Position numbers and translations under genes: made by a program
In this document: one piece after another, positions 55,230 through 64,000 of the stretch
Layout: the number at the start of each line of letters is the position of its first letter
How positions within the stretch are numbered: position 1 is the first letter of the stretch
The notes under the pieces: model-generated
Databases searched by the model: none
Told to the model about the DNA's origin: nothing
Seen by the model: only the letters and a program-made list of their open reading frames with translations
Origin: the human T2T-CHM13v2.0 reference genome, Homo sapiens
NCBI RefSeq assembly: GCF_009914755.1
Contig: NC_060928.1
Strand: one strand, 5' to 3'
DNA: 64,000 bases

Positions 55230-55855
55230 GGAAATATGTACGTATAATATATGATTTATTAAATAGTATGTAAAATAGGAAAAAAGAAAGCTCAAAGAGT
55301 AAAGACGGAGTTGGGCATTGGGTTAGAGTTTCGGATTATGGATTGGGTAGGAACAAGACCTCACTGAGAAGGAGACAGTTGAGTAAATATTTGAAGGAAT
55401 TGAGAGAAATCCAATGGGAAAGTGTATCAAGCAGAAAGGACAGCAAATGCAAAGGTCCTGACCTGGTAGGATGCCTCACATACTCACGGAATAGCAAGGA
55501 GTTCAGTGTGGCTTGTGGGATGCAAACGAAGGGAAGAGAAACAGAAAATGAAATGAGGGAGGCAAGAGGTAGGGGGCATAGCATGTCAGACATTTTAAGC
55601 CATTGCTAAAATCTCAGTTCTTGCTATTTGTGAGCAAGAAAACTACCAGAAGGTTCTGAGAAAAGGGTTTATGTGACTAAAGTTTTAGCATGTTTTCTTT
55701 GCCTGTTAAGATGAGAACACTTCATAGTTGGCACTGTGGAAGCAGTAACAATGACTTAGGACCTCTCAATAATTTGGGTGAGAGATGATAGTTGCTTAGA
55801 ATGGACTGTAGTAGTGATGACTATAAGAAGTGGCCAGGTACAAGATACACTTGGT
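55230..55855 (-). mobile_element. L2a fragment
   Basis: cctcactgagaagg, aggacagcaaatgcaaaggtcctga, ggaatagcaaggag, gggtgagagatgatagttgcttag. Confidence 0.8.
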
Positions 55856-55908
55856 AATCATTTTCAGATTGTCCCATTACCTTATACATTTGAGAATTGA
55901 AGGACTAA

Positions 55909-56281
<373 letters not shown>

Positions 56282-58872
56282 GTAAGTTTTTAATGTAAAC
56301 TCATTTTTGGCAGATGTTTGTTTTGTATGATGAGACAAAATGTTTTTCAGGTTATGGCTACGTCCTTTCACAGTAGTTATTGTTGTGGTTTTGTTTTGTT
56401 TTTAGCAAAGTGCCTTATGAATTTTATGTTAAATTTTGTCCTCGTGTTCTCCTCCATGAAGAAGGCTTATAATTTAGATTTAAGCTCTATAGTTGATGTA
56501 CACTTGGTTTTTAATGATTTCTTTGTTTTTCACAGTAGACTTTTATTTGTCTATCCAGAATTTGGGTAGAGATAAACCTTGTGCCACCTCCCTGAACAAA
56601 CAGTAATGGTTTATTCTCCTTTTCTTGAATGTAGAATTTTTTGAAAGCCCCACCACTATGAAAAGGTTTTACTCCCACTCTACACATTACAGTTACAAAT
56701 CATAGTTTGTTTTTTAGAGCTTAGATTTAGTTTAGGTCACACTCTCTTCTGCCCCTTCCCACACTGACCAGTGGCCTCGTCTTCTCAACTCATAAGCCCA
56801 CAAATCTGTTGTTGGTTTGTCTCTATTTATAATATCTGAAGATTTTTTTTCTTTCTTTCTTCTTTTATTTTGGTAGGATCACTTATACATTTTTGAAATG
56901 TTATATTTTCTTTCTAGATTTTCTAATGTTTACAGGGAAAGGTTATAAAGAGCACTCAGATCAGAGAGTAGTTTTATTTTGCATACATGTATCTTTTGAT
57001 TGCAGTATAACCATAGATAAGTAAACACTATTGTTCCTGTTCTTATGCCTCTGTTATTAAACACAAATACACACAAATACACACACAAGCACTCTCTCTT
57101 ACTTACACAAAAAAATGAATTCAGAAATACAGAATACCTGCAACAAGATTTCTGCATGGTATTCATTAACATTACTGACCTTAAAAAGTACCCAGTGAGA
57201 CCAACCAAAGGTCCTTGTAAAACAAAGTTCATTGTAAGAAGAAAAACTGCTAAATACATATACCTTAAATATATTCCTTATAGATATTTTACACACATTT
57301 TGATGTAAGCAAAATGAATAAACAAGTATCTGTATATATAGTCATGTTACCTGGTACATTTATTTTAAAAGAGGACTGTTTATGTGGAAGCAAATTGTAT
57401 GCCACAGAGGTTTGGAGAGAGATATTCTTTCATATTTTTAAGATGATTCAGCTGATGTTGTCTTTATTGCCTTTGCCTAAAGCAAGTTACAATGTAAAAG
57501 CTGAATGTATTGTCAATGACAAAATGCCACAGCAGAATCAGATTTTAGAGATGGGTGGATTAAAAAAAAGTGAAGTAAAGCCATTTTCTCAAAATAAACA
57601 AGTAAATAATAATCTAAACTGAAAATTCCCAAAGAGAATGATAACACCACGAAGCCCTGAATACTTGTTGCATCCGCACCTTTTCAATAAGAAGAATATC
57701 TTTGTTAGATTAGACAGTAAACAAATATTTGATAATAAATGAATTATTGTATTATTTAAAAGGAACAGAATGTGGATTAATCATGTCTGGAAAGTTAAAA
57801 ACTAAATAAATTTTGTTGTCTTCAATATCCAGAAATTTATAACCATGAAAAAGTAAAAGGCAGAAAAGAAATACCTAGTAGAATGTTGCAACTTCCAGCT
57901 CCTTTGTACCTAACAGGTAGGTGTTTGATTTACATAATAACGCTTTTGCATTTGCATTTTGAAGGATAACTGTAACAAATCACTTCTATTGATAAATTAT
58001 AGAAAAAGTCATAAAATAATTTTAATTAAAGCTTTTAAGTTAAAATGTTGCTAGATTAGAAATCCCAGAAAAAAATTATTTTAAATCTTCTCCCATTTTT
58101 TAGCCTCTCAGCTTTTTTATGAAAAGAAAATCTTTGTGATTATAATAGCATACAAATTAAGACACATAGTCAAATTATTGAATTGGTGAAGGATTTTTTG
58201 TTCTACTATTTGTATGGACATTGAATGAGAACTACACCTTGCATATTTCAGAGCAGAAACCCCTCTTAAACACAGAAATCCCTTTGTTTTAATAGGAGGT
58301 AGGGAAAGGTGTTGATCTGGTGGTGTTCTTGTGACTGTTTAACAATAGGCTTTGCAGAAATGCAAGCTCTCATTTGTAGTATTTGCCTCTCTCATACTGT
58401 AAATATTTCCACAATGTTCCTGTTTAAGCCACCAGTGTATCATTCATGAACAGGGAGTTGGAAAGAAGTGTGCTTAACAGGCTCCTTGAAAGCCTGTGTG
58501 AGCAGTCACCATTACACCAACTGTGCCTCTAGACAAGTAGACAGGAATATAGGCAAGGAGCAAGGGAAGTGCAGTACGTGGAAGAAAATGTGACTTTTCA
58601 CGTATGACATCTGAGATAAATATCATTTCCAGGCAACAGAAGAAGAAAGTTCTGATTTTTTCTATCAAAATTGAAAGGCTTCATTAATAGAATACTTGCC
58701 AAACAGCAGCAATTGGGAGTGAAGTTCTACAAATTGTTCTGCTCTGTAGCAGAAAATTTTAGAATTCTCAGGTGCATCATAAAAAAAAGATAAGTAATTT
58801 TCATCTTGATTCTTAAAAGACATTACATTTATACAAAACTCTTTAGAAAAGTATAAACAAATATGTACTTTT

Positions 58873-58942
58873 TTATATTTACTGTAAATATGTATGTACA
58901 TATTATATTTACTGTAAATATGTATATACATATTATATTTAC
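58873..58942. repeat. 30-bp AT-rich minisatellite, about 2.3 copies
   Basis: ttatatttactgtaaatatgtat(g/a)tacata repeated. Confidence 0.9.
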
Positions 58943-59226
58943 CAAACACAGATACATAAAATATACTAAACATAAGAATATGGCAAAAACAGTATAACTC
59001 TGAATATGATTGCCAGTAAAAAAAGAAAAAAATAATATATCTACTCAATCACTTTAAGACAAAATCAAGAGACCACTGGAAAAGAACAAAATAAGACTCA
59101 ATGAGAAAAGTTTCATTTCTATTGAAACAAGTGTTGATGTAAGGAAGTTCTGCAAGTTAACCACAATGTAATAGCAAAATTAAAATTAAATTATTGAAGT
59201 CAATCATAAACACAATGGAAACTTCA

Positions 59227-59597
<371 letters not shown>

Positions 59598-59939
59598 AAG
59601 TCCTATGACAATGGAAAAGAAAAGTAGAGATGAAAATTATAAAAGGTGTGAAGTTTTAAACCCTGGATAGCAAAGATCCAACATCTGGATAATACACGTT
59701 CCTGGAAGAAAATGTTTAAAGAAGAGAATATATAAAATATTTTAAAAATCAAATGTATACTGAGAGGTAGCCTCCCTTTCTTCTTTGTATCTTGCTAGCC
59801 CCTAACCAGGCTGCAAATTTGGCAAAATTAAGCACTACTTTTGTTTGATGAGGTAGATGGAGTAGGCCCTGACTGAGGTGAAAAGTGGCATGGTAGGGGC
59901 CAGTTGGGCTCCGACTAAGGAAATGGTAGTTGTGTTTGG

Positions 59940-60123
59940 GATGTTGGTCACATATACAATGATTGATCAGATAAATAAATAATGGTCTGATGAAAATGGG
60001 AGCCATATTTTTTAGCAATGAAGAAATTTATAAAAATAGAAAGAAGATTTGAATGAATCCCGTGGTGTTGAAGTAGAACTTTAGAGGTAGTGACAGGAAG
60101 GCATATAGGTACATGACTGATAG

Positions 60124-60154
<31 letters not shown>

Positions 60155-60320
60155 GATATGCATGTACATAAAATATATACACACACATACAGAGAGAAGA
60201 GACAGAAGTAAAAATAAATGTAATTAAATTATAACAGGGAAACTCCTACTATGCATAAGTTCTTTGAATCTTGCTATTTTTCTCTTGATTTATATTATTT
60301 CAAAATAAAAAGCTGAAATA
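59940..60320 (+). mobile_element. L1MC4/5-like 3' UTR fragment containing (GATA)n at about 60118-60158
   Basis: aaaatgggagccat...gaatgaatcccgtggtgttg...attatttcaaaataaaag. Confidence 0.55.
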
Positions 60321-60569
60321 ATGTATTTGGAAGACAAATTCCTAAATAAAATAAAATACTTGCAATTAGAAGAGATTAGTTGAAATAAGGCATTCTTCTT
60401 ATTTCTGCCTTAACACACAATATAGCCATACTTTTATTTAATATAATAAATATTTACTTGGGAAAATTTTTTTAATACATGTAAGTAAAAGTGTAAAAAT
60501 TTAATTCTGCCACCCAGAGAACATTGCTATTGCCATTTTGTTTCTCTTCTTTCTAATGTTTTCCAGTGC

Positions 60570-60770
60570 TGTATAGCATGCAGTTCAAAGGAAAATTTTT
60601 GTGGTCTAGAGAACTCAACTGAAATTCAGATTCTACCACTCATTACTGCTATAGACTTGTCTAGCTACTTAGAGTTTTGGTCTCATTTTCTATATATACA
60701 GCATAAATAATGATATCAATATTATTAAGTTATAGTAAAAATAAAATACATTATAAAATATGCTCCAATA
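60570..60770 (+). mobile_element. MIR SINE
   Basis: aattcagattctaccactcattactgctatagacttg...tctcattttctatatatac. Confidence 0.55.
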
Positions 60771-61059
60771 TCCCACTTATAATCTATTAAAATCTATTTC
60801 TCATAATCTTGCATCTATAGTAACCTGATCATGGCTAAAACTTTGAACTTTTGGTGAATTCACCTCATAAAGCTAAATGTTTTACTTCTGGAAGATCAAA
60901 ATATTTAAAAACATCATTCTTATTATAAGTCAAATTAATCTTCTTTTATAATTTTCAACCATCCTTCTTAGTATGTTACTTCGAGGTGACAGAATGGATT
61001 CATTGTTCCTGCTATTCAAAAGCAATTCAAATATTTGAATGCTGCTACCATGTCATTTA

Positions 61060-61270
61060 AGTATTGCCTTTTCAAGGTTAATATTCCTAATCTAGTCAGT
61101 CATTTCTTCTGTCTTCTCTTTCAGATACTTTGTTTTTCTAGACACTGTCTAATTTACCAAAGTGTCTCTTAAAATTTGTATCCCAAGAGTAAAACGTAAC
61201 AGATACTGTCTGATCAGAAAGTTTAATAAGACTGTTGCTTCCCTTGATAACTAAATTATCTTAATTTAAC
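61060..61270 (-). mobile_element. L3/CR1 LINE fragment
   Basis: gtgtctcttaaaatttgtatcccaagagtaaaac...gtctgatcag...gactgttgcttccctt resembles antisense L3. Confidence 0.55.
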
Positions 61271-61479
61271 TTTATAAAATGTTCAAATATTTACTATTTC
61301 TGTTTCACTGATTTATAAACAATATTATGTGAGGAAGTTTACAAATGGTTGGATCCAGGAAATCGAGTTATTAAGTTATTATGCAGGAGAGAAGCATGGA
61401 CTTTTGAATGGGATCACATGGCTGGGCAGGTAAATAAGGGTTATGAAATTGTCAGGGAAATGAACACAAGATGCCAATA

Positions 61480-61800
61480 ATTGCTTACCAGCCTCCTGGA
61501 CCTTATGAATCCTAATAGAAGTTTTAAAGAACATTGAGAATGATTGTACTTCGTCAGAACAATCAAAGCAATATTCCAGTTTTCAAAGTGCAAAGGAAAG
61601 GTGCATCCCATATGTACAGCCTCATTCACCTTGGTTCTTGGGGTCATCTGTGTAATCAATTCCTCTGGACTTCAAATATTCTTTCCCTGCTCAGCAAACA
61701 TCTCTTTCCCACTTGTCAAACTGAATTGGCACTGTGAAAACACATCCAACTTCATTCAATTCAGGAAGCTGGTCAATGCCTCTCTTTATATCTGGTGCCC
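61480..61800 (+). mobile_element. Highly decayed CR1/L3-like RT fragment
   Basis: cctcctggaccttatgaa...gttttaaagaac (PGPD..VLKE-like) and gcaatattccagttttcaaag...tacagcctcattcacctt (P.FKKG..YRP.SL-like). Confidence 0.45.
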
Positions 61801-62589
61801 ATAATTGGAAAAAGATTTTGGATAATATTACTAAGAGAGGGTAGAGTAGAATACAACTATTACTTTTCATATTTAGGAAAATCTGCTGCTTTTAACTTAG
61901 TCTTAGATTTTTTTCTCTTTTTATAATATATGATTACCTTGAAATGTTCCATGCAGTTTTCAGCAAGACCCTGTTTATTACCACCCCTCAGCTGGGTTCT
62001 CATTGCTTCTCTATAATATGTTTTTCATCCTCTTCTCCTGTTTTTCTTTTCTACCACATATAACACTCCATTTGAAAAGGTGAAGCAAGATATTTTATGG
62101 TGAGAGAAAAAGAAAATAAGGACAAGAAATAAACTCATCATTAGTGTGTTCATTTTTGTAAGCAGGTACTCCTTAAGCAACTATTATGTGAATGGAGCTG
62201 TGTTAAGCACTGCAGGTACAATAATGCACTACACTGTTGTGGTGCCAGCCATTTTAGGGCTTATAACCAAGTGATTATGACCAGTGAGTGGTTCCATGAG
62301 ACAGTAGCAATGGTTTCATGAAATACTGGAACAGATATGCTATTAGTAAAGGGATATTGGATAATCTAATATTTTATTATTATGTATACAATACATTTAG
62401 ACTATGTGAAAATAAAATCAGTAACAGTTATCAATGGGATGTAGGGGTATTTTACAAAGAAAATAAGCCAAATCTATTTTGTAAAAGCTGATTTATTGAT
62501 AGTAAAGCCCACTTCAAACTAGAAAAGAGAAAGGAGAAAAATAATACTGTACCACATACGAACTGATCTAGGTCATTTTGTGCTGTTAC

Positions 62590-63172
62590 ATTTTTTGTGT
62601 GATAAAATATACATAACATAAAATTAACTATTTATCCACTTTTTAATGTACACTTTAGTGTCATTAAGTGCATTCACTACATTGTGCAACCATCACTACT
62701 ACTATGCATCTCCACGTCTTTTTCATATTCCCAAACTGAAGCTCTGTACCCATTAGACAACTTCCCATTCCCATCTGCTTCCAGCCCCCTGTAACCTCTA
62801 TTCTACTTCCTGTATCTATGTATTTGACTATTTTATGCACTTCAGATAAGTGAAACAATAGTTGCCTTTTGCCTCTGGTTCTGGTTTATTTCACTTAGCA
62901 TAATGTATTCAAGATTCATTCATGTTGTAGTCTTTATCAGAATTTCATTTCTCTTTAAGGCTCAGTAGTAATCTCTTGCATGTATATACCACATTTTGTT
63001 TATCCACTGATGGACATTTTGTTTATCTGTTGATGGACATTTGGATAGCTTCCACCTTTTGGCTGTTTTGAATAATGCTGCTGTGAACATTGGTGTAAAA
63101 ATTTCCATTTGAGTCCATGCTTTTAATACTTTTAAACATATATTTGGAAGTGGAATTGCGGGATCATATGTG
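62590..63172 (-). mobile_element. L1MB-type 3' end
   Basis: gataaaatatacataacataaaatt...ttgtgcaaccatcactac...tttatttcacttagcataatgt...aataatgctgctgtgaacatt...gaagtggaattgcgggatcatatg. Confidence 0.9.
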
Positions 63173-63718
63173 TGCTATTAATTTTTAAGTGATTTTGTAT
63201 CAAAAATTATGAATATAAATTCAATTAATAAACACTTATAACAAATTGTTTTTAGTTTTTAAATAATTCTGCATAAATTAATCTAAGGAAAATTACATGA
63301 AGCAGTTATAAATCTGTGAGAGCAATGAAGATGGGAGGAATTATATATTCATATAGTTGTAAGTGAACAAAGTTTAAATTTGGGTTCCATAGAAATAGAG
63401 AAGACTTGCCCCACATGCTTGCAAAATTGAACTGGTCTTAATTATGCAAACATAGACTATTTTTTAAAATTTCGATAACAGTGTACTATCACAGCATATT
63501 GTTACACTGCTTTAAGTCACCATATATAAGAAATAAAGTAAAATAAAAGCTCCTAAGATATGTCTAATTATTCCCTTGCAAAGCTTGATACTGTAAATTT
63601 CCCTGGAATGGTGATATTCACATGTATTAAACAATATCACAAATTGGTGGGTTGATCTGGTACTTACTGAGCTAAATGCTCCCAAGAAGCAAATCACAGC
63701 AATATTTAAAAGTTTTAG

Positions 63719-64000
<282 letters not shown>

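Overview
Primate (human-like) AT-rich, CpG-depleted non-coding DNA, either a gene desert or the interior of a very large intron. I can support no protein-coding exon, tRNA, rRNA or CpG island. The listed ORFs are Alu, simple-repeat, LINE or LTR read-through, or random. The window is a layered mosaic of repeats: about 13 Alu/FLAM copies, many old L1 fragments, L2, L3/CR1, MIR, solo LTRs (MLT1, MST, THE1, MLT2, MER31-like, MER34-like), a TA-flanked Tigger2-type element and a MADE1 MITE. Subfamily names come from recalled consensus sequences, not a database search, and boundaries of old elements are approximate. I find no new genetic system. The clearest unexplained structure is a multi-switch templated insertion at 48893-49114, built from inverted copies of two nearby segments (about 97% identical) with fold-back junctions, next to a strong G-quadruplex motif. 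A second, older local copy at 14547-14662 is bracketed by inverted (TG)n/(CA)n arms.
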